DNA from: Bryobacteraceae bacterium
GTDB taxonomy: Bacteria; Acidobacteriota; Terriglobia; Bryobacterales; Bryobacteraceae
DNA: 64,000 nucleotides
Reading direction: 5' to 3'
Assembly (NCBI GenBank): GCA_013388415.1
Contig: JACADU010000268.1
Coordinates: 2,901 to 66,900, forward strand
In this document: in pieces, positions 35,136 through 44,177 of the stretch
How positions within the stretch are numbered: position 1 is the first letter of the stretch
Layout: each line of letters starts with the position of its first letter
The notes under the pieces: model-generated
The model's input: the letters and a program-made list of their open reading frames with translations, nothing else
What the model was told of the DNA's origin: nothing
The model's database searches: none
Made by a program: the position numbers and the translations under genes

Positions 35136-36206
35136 ATGCCAACGACGTTCTACTCCGACAGTGTCGCCTCCGCCCTCGCAACCGCCCGGTTGACTCTGGG
35201 CGACGACACTGTGCTTGTGGAAGCCGGCTCAACGCCCCCGGACCAGGCGGCGCGCGGCCCGTACAGGGTCGTTGTCGCCGGTCCCGAGGACGGGCACGCG
35301 CCCGGCGCCGTTCAGGCCAAGGCCCGCCGGCCCGCGGCCTCACAGCAGGATGGGTCCGACCGCCTGCGCCATGAACTCCGCGCGCTTCGTTCGTCCCTCG
35401 ACGCGCTCGGGGCCATGGCCGCGCGGACGGCGCTCGGACATTCCGCATTGGCCCAGACGCCGGAACTCGCGCCGTGGATTGGCAAGCTTCTGGAGATGGA
35501 CGTGCCGCCGGACCTGATCCAAGCTGCGGCGGATGCGGCGTCCAGACGTCTCCGCATCGAATCGGCGATCCCCGGGACGATTCCTCAGGCGGTTGTCCGC
35601 CGTGCAATCGTTCGCGAAATCGAAGAACAGCTCCAAGTACAGCCGGGCTTGGGCAGAGAGGGCGAGAAGTGCCGCGTCGCCGCGCTGGCCGGGCCGCCGG
35701 GGGCTGGCAAGACAACAACCCTCGCCAAGCTCGCCATGCGCGAGGGTGTATCGGGACGGCACTCCGCCGTACTCCTCAGTGTCGACGTCTTCCGGATCGG
35801 AGCTGCCGATCAACTCAGGAATCTTGCCTCGATTCTGGGCATCCCGTTCAGGCTTTGTGAAACGCCCGCTGCTTTGCGGCGGGCCCTTGTAGAAGCCAAG
35901 CAACGCGATCTTGTCCTCATCGATACCCCCGGGGCGAGCCCCGCTGAAACCGAATGGTGGGAGGAGTGGGTCCCCCGCCTGGCGGCTGAAAGAGCGATCG
36001 AGACTCAACTGGTGCTTCCGGCGACAGCCTCGCCTAAACAGCTTGCCGCCTGGGTCGAACGCTACGCGGTCCTGGATCCCGCCCGGCTGGTTTTCACTCA
36101 CCTGGACGAAGCGGAGAGCTTCGGCGGCTTGCTGGCTGCCGTGCTGAAGGCGCAGCGCCCGGTCTCCTTTCTCGCTTCAGGCCAGGGAATTCCTGAGGAT
36201 CTGTAA
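35136..36206 (+). CDS. flhF: flagellar SRP-type GTPase FlhF
   Basis: LAGPPGAGKTTTLAKLA, LIDTPG and LVFTHLDE G-motifs. Located downstream of flhA. Confidence 0.85.
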   Translation: MPTTFYSDSVASALATARLTLGDDTVLVEAGSTPPDQAARGPYRVVVAGPEDGHAPGAVQAKARRPAASQQDGSDRLRHELRALRSSLDALGAMAARTALGHSALAQTPELAPWIGKLLEMDVPPDLIQAAADAASRRLRIESAIPGTIPQAVVRRAIVREIEEQLQVQPGLGREGEKCRVAALAGPPGAGKTTTLAKLAMREGVSGRHSAVLLSVDVFRIGAADQLRNLASILGIPFRLCETPAALRRALVEAKQRDLVLIDTPGASPAETEWWEEWVPRLAAERAIETQLVLPATASPKQLAAWVERYAVLDPARLVFTHLDEAESFGGLLAAVLKAQRPVSFLASGQGIPEDL

Positions 36207-36324
36207 CCGGCGACGAAGCCCCGGCTGTTGGAACTCTTGTTTGGCGAGGCTGGCGTGCTGAGCGCAGCCGCATGAAGTGAAGGAGACAGGCCCGGCGGTC
36301 AGCCGTCAGGCGCCAGGAACGGCA

Positions 36325-37074
36325 ATGAACCCTTACGCAACCGTCACATCGCTGACTTCAGAGGAGCGGGAAAGGTTGATCCTCGAGCACCTCCCGCAGG
36401 TACGCCTGATCGCGCGCCGCATCCACGAACGGCTTCCCGAGAGCGTCAACCTCGAAGACCTAGTTTCGACCGGCATCCTCGGTCTGATCTCGGCCATCGA
36501 CCGCTTCGACCCGGCCCAGAAGGTGAAACTGAAGACCTATGCCGAATACAAGATCCGCGGCGCGATCCTCGACAGCCTGCGAGGGCTCGATTGGGCTCCC
36601 CGGCAGCAGCGAAGGCGCAGCAAACTCATCGAACTGGCCGTCTCGCATCTGGAACAGCATCTGCATCGCTCTCCGACCGAAGAGGAGATAGCAGCCGAAC
36701 TGGGCCTTTCGCTGGAGGAATACCACGAATGGCTGGTCGAGATCCGCGGACTCAACATGGGCAGCCTGGAGCACGGTCCCGGCGAGGAAGAGGGCAGGGA
36801 CCTGCTGAAGTTCATCGCGGACAAGGAAGAGGACTGGCCCTCCCATCAGCTTGAGAAAGCCGAACTGAAGAGGATCCTGGTTCAAGCCATCTCCCGTATG
36901 CCCTACATCGAACGGACCGTCCTAGGCCTCTATTACCAGCAGGAACTCACGCTGCGGGAGATCTCGCGAGTCGTCAAGCTTCACGAATCGAGGGTGTCTC
37001 AACTCAAGACGCAGGCGATCGTCAGGCTGAGAGCATTCATGCGCCAGAAGTGGCCCACCGGCCGGGGCGCGTAG
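36325..37074 (+). CDS. fliA: flagellar sigma factor FliA (sigma28)
   Basis: LISAIDRFDPAQKVKLKTYAEYKIRGAILDSLR (region 2) and ELTLREISRVVKLHESRVSQLKTQAIVRLR (region 4). Confidence 0.9.
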   Translation: MNPYATVTSLTSEERERLILEHLPQVRLIARRIHERLPESVNLEDLVSTGILGLISAIDRFDPAQKVKLKTYAEYKIRGAILDSLRGLDWAPRQQRRRSKLIELAVSHLEQHLHRSPTEEEIAAELGLSLEEYHEWLVEIRGLNMGSLEHGPGEEEGRDLLKFIADKEEDWPSHQLEKAELKRILVQAISRMPYIERTVLGLYYQQELTLREISRVVKLHESRVSQLKTQAIVRLRAFMRQKWPTGRGA

Positions 37075-37113
37075 CCGCTGGCAGCGATTCGAACTTTCAA
37101 AGGAGGAACGGGC

Positions 37114-37935
37114 ATGAAGCGCGAGGCGATCTGGCTGGCAGAACAATGGGCGACCCGCCTTGGCCCGGCTGTCAGCGCGATGACCGGGGAGCGGTCGTCC
37201 GCCCGGGTTGCCCCTGAGATGGCGGTGGGCGAACAGCAGGCGGCGATCTCCGGACAATTGAGCTTTGATGCCGTCCCAGGCGCCCGGGTCTCGGTGCTGG
37301 TTTCCGAGCGTGTCTGGAAAGCGGTGGCCAAGGCTGTGCTGGCTGCCGCCGGCATTGAGGAAGCAGATGCTGCGGAACTGGAGAGCACGTTCCAGGAGGT
37401 GCTTCAGCAATCGCTGTCCCCGCTGGCGCAGGCAATCGGAAAGTTGCTCGGCCGTGAAGTCAACGCGGGGCAATGGCAGAAGACCGCCACTGACGAAACC
37501 GATGCCAATTGGGTGGGCGTTGTCCTCGATTTGCGGGGGGAGGGCATTGGCGGCCTCTGGATTGCGCCCTCGAAGGAGCTGCTGCAAGCGGTCCAGCCGA
37601 TGCTGCCCGGCGAGGCGGGCAACCGGCAGCCCGCCCTGCCCCCGGAAGGCGCCCGCACGGGCACAGGTAGAGAGTCGAAGACTCTCGACCTGCTGCTGGA
37701 AGTCGAATTGCCGGTTGGGGTCAGTTTCGGACGGACGCAGATGCGGCTCAAGGATGCCGTCAAGCTGAGCACGGGCAGCATCGTCGAGCTCAACCGGAAG
37801 ATTTCGGAACCCGTCGAAATCATCGTCAACAATTGTGTCATCGCTCGTGGGGAAGTTGTTGTTGTGGAAGGGAATTACGGTGTGCGCATCAAGGAGATCA
37901 TCAGCCGGGAGGAGAGGCTCAGAACGCTCTTCTAG
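37114..37935 (+). CDS. FliN/FliY-family switch protein with about 190-aa unassigned N-terminal region
   Basis: The C-terminal SpoA domain is LLEVELPVGVSFGRTQMRLKDAVKLSTGSIVELNRKISEPVEIIVNNCVIARGEVVVVEGNYGVRIKEI. AGGAGG lies before the ATG. Confidence 0.75.
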   Translation: MKREAIWLAEQWATRLGPAVSAMTGERSSARVAPEMAVGEQQAAISGQLSFDAVPGARVSVLVSERVWKAVAKAVLAAAGIEEADAAELESTFQEVLQQSLSPLAQAIGKLLGREVNAGQWQKTATDETDANWVGVVLDLRGEGIGGLWIAPSKELLQAVQPMLPGEAGNRQPALPPEGARTGTGRESKTLDLLLEVELPVGVSFGRTQMRLKDAVKLSTGSIVELNRKISEPVEIIVNNCVIARGEVVVVEGNYGVRIKEIISREERLRTLF

Positions 37936-37955
37936 AACTATGTCCAAGGAAGTAC

Positions 37956-37983
37956 TAAAGGATTCGCCGGCCGCCGCCGATTC
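37956..37983 (+). promoter_or_regulatory. sigma28-like promoter upstream of the 38003 gene
   Basis: TAAAG-N16 spacing-GCCGATTC, which is one nt longer than the consensus spacing. It is followed by GGGAGGAG and the ATG at 38003. Confidence 0.45.
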
Positions 37984-38002
37984 TTACGGGAGGAGCTGAG
38001 CC

Positions 38003-38407
38003 ATGGCCTGGATTACAGAGCCGCTGACGTTCTACGCCATGTTGGGCGCCGGCTTGGGACTGTGCCTCGCGCTGTTCATCTCGCTGAAGCGCGAGAACGC
38101 CCGGCTGCGGCACTTGCTTGAACAGGACCGCCGCCTGACAGTCGGGAAGATGGAGGAGTTTCGCGAGTCCATGGTCCGGCTCCAGCATCAACTGGAGGAA
38201 TCGCAGCCTGACATCGTGACAGCAGGAGATTCCTATGCAGCCGAATCTCCCCCGGCTCAGCTCGCCCATCTCCACAAGCGAAGCCTGGCGTTACGGATGC
38301 ATCGCCACGGCGAAACTGCGGAGCAGATCGCTGCCACCTTGAACATCCCGCGCAACGAGGTGGAACTGTTGTTGAAGGTGCACAAGACAGCCTTGGAGCA
38401 GGCATAG
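38003..38407 (+). CDS. membrane-anchored protein with C-terminal HTH (DUF2802-like, flagellar-cluster associated)
   Basis: N-terminal TM helix (FYAMLGAGLGLCLALFISL), a coiled-coil stretch, and a C-terminal GETAEQIAATLNIPRNEVELLLKV HTH-like block. Confidence 0.6.
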   Translation: MAWITEPLTFYAMLGAGLGLCLALFISLKRENARLRHLLEQDRRLTVGKMEEFRESMVRLQHQLEESQPDIVTAGDSYAAESPPAQLAHLHKRSLALRMHRHGETAEQIAATLNIPRNEVELLLKVHKTALEQA

Positions 38408-38411
38408 AAAA

Positions 38412-38448
38412 AGCGCCGGAGAGGAGGAGGAGGTGACTCTCCGGCGCT
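38412..38448. terminator. perfect 12-bp-stem hairpin between convergent genes
   Basis: AGCGCCGGAGAG, then a 13-nt loop, then CTCTCCGGCGCT. An A-run on the left gives a U-tract for the minus-strand (PDZ operon) transcript. Confidence 0.65.
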
Positions 38449-38471
38449 TCCGCTCAGGTTTGGCGGACAGA

Positions 38472-39404
38472 TCAGAACTTCTGCATCGTGACTCGCTGGC
38501 CGCGTGCAGGCGCCCTCTCGGGCTGATCCTCCAAGGTGACCGTCAGCGACATCTCACGCTTTTCTCTCATCAACGCGACGGTGAGATGTTGTTTTGAGGC
38601 GTTTCTGGCGGCGCGAAGGGTGTTGGTGATGTCCTTTGGCGAGGCAACCGCCGTATCGTCGATCCTCAGAAGGACGTCGCCAGCCTTGATTCCGGCCTTC
38701 TCGGCGGCCGTTCCTTTGATCACGCTGCGGACGAGCACTCCCTCCTTGACGCCGAAATACTCGGCGAGCTGGCTGTTGCCAAGCGATTCGCCTTCAATGC
38801 CGAGCATCGTCCGCCAGGACATGAACGCCTTCGGGATGTCGGGCATCATCAATTCAACGTTGGGAGCATCGAACTTGAACTTTTCGAGCTTCTCCAGGTC
38901 CATCGGCTTGGAGCTCCAGGCCATCACTTTGGGGCCCTTTCGAGCGCCGATTGTCGCGGTGATCGTCTGAACGGCGCCATCCCGGGAGACTGTCAACTTC
39001 ACGGTTCGGTTCGCAGGCGTTTCGCGGACCAGCCGGACGAACTGTTCAATGCCTTCCACCCGCTCGCCGTTGTACTCAAGCACGACATCGCCGGTTTTGA
39101 GGCCGGCCTTGGCGGCAGGGCTGTCTTCGTCGACCCGCGTGATCTCGACGCCATAGGTTTCCCGCAGCTTGAGCGTTCTGGCCCGTTCATCGTCGATTTC
39201 ACGCACGCCGACGCCAAGGTAGCTGCCGCCGCCGATGGCGATGGTTTGCGCCAGCACGGGCGCCGGAGGGGCTGGCGCCGCCGGCGGCAGAGGGGGTTGG
39301 GGTTCGGGCACGAGCTCACCGCGGGCCGGGAGAGCAGCCGCAAGCGCTCCGCAGATCAAGACGGTCAGCATCGTCCTGTAGACCGGTTTGCTTTTCCTCA
39401 ACAT
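38472..39404 (-). CDS. exported protein with two PDZ domains
   Basis: Signal peptide plus two copies of the PDZ pattern (SPAAKAGLKTGDVVLEYNGERV; GTAAEKAGIKAGDVLLRIDDTAV). Confidence 0.8.
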   Translation of the reverse strand: MLRKSKPVYRTMLTVLICGALAAALPARGELVPEPQPPLPPAAPAPPAPVLAQTIAIGGGSYLGVGVREIDDERARTLKLRETYGVEITRVDEDSPAAKAGLKTGDVVLEYNGERVEGIEQFVRLVRETPANRTVKLTVSRDGAVQTITATIGARKGPKVMAWSSKPMDLEKLEKFKFDAPNVELMMPDIPKAFMSWRTMLGIEGESLGNSQLAEYFGVKEGVLVRSVIKGTAAEKAGIKAGDVLLRIDDTAVASPKDITNTLRAARNASKQHLTVALMREKREMSLTVTLEDQPERAPARGQRVTMQKF

Positions 39405-39473
39405 ACAGTAGTCCTTTCATCCATAGCCCCAAGTGAATCACGCTGCGGCTCTGCCGGCCTTCCTCCGGCGGGT

Positions 39474-40670
39474 TCACTTGCGGCGCTTCAGCGAAATCGT
39501 TCCGTTCGTCGTGGTCACCATCAGGAGAGGGCCGCCGCCGTTCAGGCTGCCTTCAGCCAGCAGCGGGCCCTTACTCCAGACGGGAGCCGGTTGGGGGCGG
39601 ATCTCGTCGAACTCGGAGATCATCCTACCCACCCAACCAGCCGACTCGTTCATCGCTTTCACTGTCACTGCCAAATTAGACGGCAGATAGACCGTGATGT
39701 CACCCCTGTTCGTGGCCAGGTAGGACTGCTCAAGCTGAGCCCCGGGGGAGAAGGTGACAAAAACACTTCCCGACTGCGTGGAGGCCCTGACGCTGCCCGC
39801 CACTTCCTGCAAGCGGATGACTCCGGAGCCGGATTCGCAGCGAATGCCTTTCGCTCTGCCCACCTGGATCCCGCCTGAGCCCGTCTCGGCGGTGACGATA
39901 CCGCCCGAATCGCCCACTTCGATGGAGCCGGCGGCGGTGTGGGCAAAGACATTCCGCCCCGCCCGGACAACCTGGATGTTGCCGCCGGCAGTCGAGAGCC
40001 TCGCGGCGCCGCCGACGCGCTGCACGATGATTTCTCCACCGGCGGTTTCCAGCGTCGCTTCACCCGCGACTTCCTGGACCCGGATCGTGCCTCCGTTGGA
40101 GAGGCAGCGGAAATTGCCCTTCACCGAGCCGGCGTTGACGGTCCCCCCGCCCGTGCGGACGACAACTTCGCCGGCGGCGGAGTCGATTTCGACGTTGCCC
40201 GCTCCAGTCGCCGCATGGATGTCGCCCGAAAGGCGGCTGAGCTTCAGCCCCCCGGAGCGCGTTTCCAGCCGGGCGACCGAAAACCACTCCGGCACGGTCA
40301 CCGTCAACTCGCTGAAGGTCTCGTCTCCCGGCAAAGCCGTGGCGACGAAGCACCAATCGCCCTGCTCCAGAGCCTTGATGCGGGAAGCCGCCGCCAGTGA
40401 CTCAAGCGCCTCCCCGCCGTAGTTTCTCGGCACGCGTTGGACCCAAAGGTATTCCACGTGGCGGGTCTTGGGCGAACTCTGGACAACGAGGCGCCCTTGT
40501 GTGACAACCTTCAGGCGCGAGAGCCCGCGATGAGCCGGAATCCGGCCATCCTGACGCCTGACCCAGCCCTGCGACCCCTCCTGGACGAAACCGGCGGGCT
40601 GGCCCCGGGCGGCGCCGCCGAGAGCCGACAGACCGGCCAGGGCAAACAGGACGGTCCGGCGGGCGGGCAT
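39474..40670 (-). CDS. exported DUF4097 (toast-rack/putative adhesin beta-helix) protein
   Basis: Many tandem G-G-x-I/V-x-V strands (TGGGTVNAGSV, NGGTIRVQEV, AGGEIIVQRV, AGGNIQVVRA, GSGGIQVGRA, GSGVIRLQEV). The start overlaps the anti-sigma stop (TGATG). Confidence 0.8.
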   Translation of the reverse strand: MPARRTVLFALAGLSALGGAARGQPAGFVQEGSQGWVRRQDGRIPAHRGLSRLKVVTQGRLVVQSSPKTRHVEYLWVQRVPRNYGGEALESLAAASRIKALEQGDWCFVATALPGDETFSELTVTVPEWFSVARLETRSGGLKLSRLSGDIHAATGAGNVEIDSAAGEVVVRTGGGTVNAGSVKGNFRCLSNGGTIRVQEVAGEATLETAGGEIIVQRVGGAARLSTAGGNIQVVRAGRNVFAHTAAGSIEVGDSGGIVTAETGSGGIQVGRAKGIRCESGSGVIRLQEVAGSVRASTQSGSVFVTFSPGAQLEQSYLATNRGDITVYLPSNLAVTVKAMNESAGWVGRMISEFDEIRPQPAPVWSKGPLLAEGSLNGGGPLLMVTTTNGTISLKRRK

Positions 40671-41590
40671 CAGAAAGTTCCTACCGAAGCCTTCATCTCA
40701 CTCAGCGCACGCTGGCTGCGCGACCGGACGTAGTTGTTGTCTTCCCGGCGGAGCAGTTCCTGAAGCACGCCGGCGACGTCAGCCTCCTTGCTTTGAACCA
40801 GCAGGTCGATGGCCTGCGTGCGAACCCCGGGATTGTCGTCGTTGAGCAGCACGGCGGCAAGGACACGCCGGGTTTCCGGTTCGCGGGCGTAGGGCCGCAA
40901 GCCGTCGATCGCCTTCAAGCGCACACCTGAGTTCGGATCGGTGCGAAGCGCATTCAGGAGCGCCCTGCGGACTTCGTCGTCCGACGAGTGCGATTTCAGC
41001 AGATCGATGGACTCGACACGGATTCCAGGATCCGCAGGATCCGACGCCGCCGCCAGCAGCAGCCGCCGGATCTTCTCATCGCCGAGTTCGCCCGACATTT
41101 CCCGCTGCCTGGTCTCTTCCAGCAGCAGCCGGACACGCCCGCTCCGTTCGGGATTCACCAGCCTCACGCGGGTGGCGACCACGGACGACGGCTCGGCGAC
41201 GATGCCCGCCACCGGGCCCAGTTCCGGAGACGAGGAGACCAGCCGGGCGCCGAAGAAGCCCGCCGCGAGCATCGCCAACGCGCCGACGGGGCGAAGCCAC
41301 ATCGGCGGATGGACCACCCAACGGCGCCAGAAAGCGTGCCAAGGCTTTCGCTCCAGCTTTCTCTCGTTCTCGAGCGCCCCCGACAGATCCCGGCGGCAAC
41401 GCGCCAACAGGCCCGCGGGAACCTCCGTGGCGGCATCGTCGAGCGCCTGTTCGAGTCTTTCGAAACGAGCCCGTTCCAGGCGGCACGCCTCGCAGCCCGC
41501 GAGGTGGCTCTCCAGAGCCTCCTCCTCTTCGAAGGAGAGTTCGCCGTAGGCGGCGAGCACCAGATTCTGTTTCGCCTGATCGCAGTTCAT
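40670..41590 (-). CDS. anti-sigma factor (zf-HC2) with TM helix and extracytoplasmic HEAT repeats
   Basis: HLAGCEACRLE zinc-finger motif, TM helix LRPVGALAMLAAGFFGA, and repeats DPADPGIRVESIDLL / DPNSGVRLKAIDGL / DDNPGVRTQAIDLL. ATGA overlap with the sigma gene. Confidence 0.8.
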   Translation of the reverse strand: MNCDQAKQNLVLAAYGELSFEEEEALESHLAGCEACRLERARFERLEQALDDAATEVPAGLLARCRRDLSGALENERKLERKPWHAFWRRWVVHPPMWLRPVGALAMLAAGFFGARLVSSSPELGPVAGIVAEPSSVVATRVRLVNPERSGRVRLLLEETRQREMSGELGDEKIRRLLLAAASDPADPGIRVESIDLLKSHSSDDEVRRALLNALRTDPNSGVRLKAIDGLRPYAREPETRRVLAAVLLNDDNPGVRTQAIDLLVQSKEADVAGVLQELLRREDNNYVRSRSQRALSEMKASVGTF

Positions 41591-42156
41591 ACATACTCTC
41601 CAAGCGCGGTGCGCATTTTCTGAGTCGCCCTGAACAGGCAATTCTTGGCGGCCTCTTCGGTGGTTCCGAGAACTTCGCCGATCGCCCGAAGCCGCATGCC
41701 CTGATAGTGCCGCATTTCGAAAACCATCCGTTCCCGCGGGGTCATCTGGCCCAGCGCAGCCTGGATTTTCTCCCTCAATTCAGACGAGAGCAGCGCTCTT
41801 TGCGGGTCGCCGTCGGCGCGCTGTTCCACGACCGAATCGAGCCGGTCGACAGTTCCCTCTTCGGTCTCCACCACCGCCGATTCCGTCTTCCTGACTTTCC
41901 TTTTGCGAAGGTGATCGAGACAAAGATTGGTCACAATCCGGTACAGCCATGTGTGGAAACTGCAATCGAAACGGAAGGAGTTGAGATTTCGATAGACGCG
42001 AAGGAAGGCTTCCTGGTAAACGTCGTTCGCGTCTTCTGGATTTCTGAGCAGATTCATCGCCAGGCGCAAGACGTTCTGGTCGTATTGGCGAACCAAGCGC
42101 TCGAATGCGCCGTCGTCGCCGGCCTGTGCAGCGCGAATCAGCGCAGCTTCATCCAT
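41587..42156 (-). CDS. ECF-type RNA polymerase sigma factor
   Basis: FERLVRQYDQNVLRLAMNLLRNPEDANDVYQEAFLRVY (region 2) and MTPRERMVFEMRHYQGMRLRAIGEVLGTTEEAAKNCLFRA (region 4). Confidence 0.9.
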   Translation of the reverse strand: MDEAALIRAAQAGDDGAFERLVRQYDQNVLRLAMNLLRNPEDANDVYQEAFLRVYRNLNSFRFDCSFHTWLYRIVTNLCLDHLRKRKVRKTESAVVETEEGTVDRLDSVVEQRADGDPQRALLSSELREKIQAALGQMTPRERMVFEMRHYQGMRLRAIGEVLGTTEEAAKNCLFRATQKMRTALGEYV

Positions 42157-42295
42157 CGAACGCCCCGCTCCGGCGCCAGCGGCCACTGCAATAGCACGAG
42201 TCACTCTTCCCTCTCGGGGGGAACACCCCGTCAGTGTAGACGAGGCGGGCAGGCAAAGGGTAGCGTCACGGTGTGAATTCGATGACTGTTGAAAG

Positions 42296-44089
42296 TCAGT
42301 CGGCCGATTCGACTTCGATGCGCCGGGTGGCGGCATCCATGGCGGTGATCTTGAAGCGGCGGATCTGCCCTACTTTCAATCCCTTATCCGAAGCCGAGGA
42401 GCCTCGGCCGCTTTTCCACCGCGACGCGAGCATGGCGGCAAGATCGCCGACGTCGGCGGCGCCTTCGCCTGCCTCGGCCGCAGCCGCCTCTTCCTTGTGC
42501 TTGCAGCGCGCGTGCACGCCTTCGGCCAACTCCACTTTGGAGTGGGAAGCGTGCGTCTCCACGACGCGGCCCGTCAGGAGATCGCCGACCTGATGCTCGC
42601 CGATGAACACATCCGCCGAGGTCGGCTCCAACTGCTTCATGCCAAGCCGGATACGCTTCTTTTCCTTGTCGAACTCGAGGACTTGGGCCTTTACGGTCTG
42701 GCCTACGGTGAGGAAGTCCTTGGGGTGCTGGATCCTTTTCTCGCGGGTGATGTCGCCGACATGAATCATCCCCTCAATGCCGTCGCCGAGGTCGACAAAT
42801 GCGCCGAACTGCGCGAGATTCACCACCGGCGCCTCGACCACTGTGCCGGGGGCGAACTTCGTCTCGGCGATATCCCACGGATTGCCGAGAACCTGCTTCA
42901 GGCTCAGGCTGATGCGTTTCTCGCCCGGCTTCACTTCGAGCACGGCAGCCTCGACCACCTCGCCCGTCTTCACGACGTCTTCCGGGCGGCGGACGCGCTT
43001 GGTCCAAGACATCTCCGACAAGTGGATCAGCCCATCGACGCCGGGCGCAATCTCCACGAATGCGCCGAACTCGGCCAACCGGACGACCTTGCCTTTCACC
43101 TTGTCGCCCGGCTTCAGGCTGTCTGCCATCTGGGACCAGGGATCAGGCTGCAACTGTTTGAGGCCTAAGGAGATCTTACGCGTATCACGATTCAGCTTGA
43201 GAATCTTGACCTGGAGCGGCTGGCCCACCGTCAGCAGATCGGACGGCTTTTCGACGCGATTCCAGCTCATGTCGGCGACGTGCAGCAGTCCGTCCACACC
43301 GCCGGCGATTTCAACGAAGGCGCCGAATTCGGTCAAGCTGCGGACTTTGCCGTCAACAACCATGCCCTCTTTGAACTGATTGAACGCCGCCTGCCGGGCG
43401 GCGGCAGCCTGTTCTTCGAGCACAACGCGGCGATCCACCACGATGTCGGGCCGTTCTTCGTTGCTGACGTCGAACTTGCTGATGCGGCACTCAATCTGCT
43501 GCCCGAGCAGACCCACCATGTCAGCCATCTCGCGGATTCCGCTGCGCGAAGCCGGCAGGAAGGCATTGACGCCCTCGGCGACTTCGACGCGCAACCCGCC
43601 TTTCACCATCTCCTTCACCACGCCGGCGATCACCAGTTTGTTTTGAAATGCCGACTCGAGGCCGCTGAAGTCTTTGGGCTGTTCGACCCGAATTGTCGAG
43701 AGGAGGTAGTAGCCGTCTTCGGTGCGGCCGGTGATGTTGACGATCATCCGCGTTCCGGGGCGGATGCCCGCGGGCAGACCCGGCGTATCGGGTCTGAGGA
43801 CGCCCTCCATTTTGCGGCCGACATCGACGACGATCGCTTCTTCGTCGACGGAGACGACGACGCCCTCCAGAGCGGAGTCCTGGCCCTCGGCGGCGGCGTG
43901 CTCGGCTTCGAACTGGCGCAGCACATCGCCGAACGAGCCCTCCTCGGCCAGGGGTTGTGCTTCCGGCGCGGCCGCATCAGCCACAGCCTGGGTTTCCGGC
44001 GGCGTCGATTGCGCGCTGCTCTCAGGCGCGGCGGTCTGTTCAGGCGGATTGACTGCGTTCGGATTGTTGGGCGACTCGATCGAATTCAT
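42296..44089 (-). CDS. rpsA: 30S ribosomal protein S1
   Basis: Six S1-domain repeats (for example G.V..V..FGAFVE....GL.H.S...). ATG at 44089 (MNSIESP...). The N-terminal leader is low-complexity. Confidence 0.9.
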   Translation of the reverse strand: MNSIESPNNPNAVNPPEQTAAPESSAQSTPPETQAVADAAAPEAQPLAEEGSFGDVLRQFEAEHAAAEGQDSALEGVVVSVDEEAIVVDVGRKMEGVLRPDTPGLPAGIRPGTRMIVNITGRTEDGYYLLSTIRVEQPKDFSGLESAFQNKLVIAGVVKEMVKGGLRVEVAEGVNAFLPASRSGIREMADMVGLLGQQIECRISKFDVSNEERPDIVVDRRVVLEEQAAAARQAAFNQFKEGMVVDGKVRSLTEFGAFVEIAGGVDGLLHVADMSWNRVEKPSDLLTVGQPLQVKILKLNRDTRKISLGLKQLQPDPWSQMADSLKPGDKVKGKVVRLAEFGAFVEIAPGVDGLIHLSEMSWTKRVRRPEDVVKTGEVVEAAVLEVKPGEKRISLSLKQVLGNPWDIAETKFAPGTVVEAPVVNLAQFGAFVDLGDGIEGMIHVGDITREKRIQHPKDFLTVGQTVKAQVLEFDKEKKRIRLGMKQLEPTSADVFIGEHQVGDLLTGRVVETHASHSKVELAEGVHARCKHKEEAAAAEAGEGAADVGDLAAMLASRWKSGRGSSASDKGLKVGQIRRFKITAMDAATRRIEVESAD

Positions 44090-44177
44090 CGGAAACCTGC
44101 GAGACACCCTCATTGTGACACAACCGGAATCGGCGCCACCCGATCCGCGAGGGCGCCGTATTACCATAGCAGCGGCC

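Noticed and set aside
36228-36245. TTGGAACTCTTGTTTGGC upstream of fliA as a sigma54 promoter.
   Set aside because: It has the wrong GG/GC spacing and no TTGC -12 box at the right position.
39474-40670. Periodic repeats of about 57-60 nt that could be mistaken for a tandem-repeat or CRISPR-like array.
   Set aside because: The periodicity is in frame and encodes the repeated beta-strand rungs of a DUF4097 protein. There are no identical repeats and no spacers.
43722-44177. 5' extension of the histidine-kinase ORF.
   Set aside because: It runs antisense through the rpsA N-terminal region and has shadow-frame composition. The kinase plausibly starts at the ATG at 44178, just before its first TM helix.
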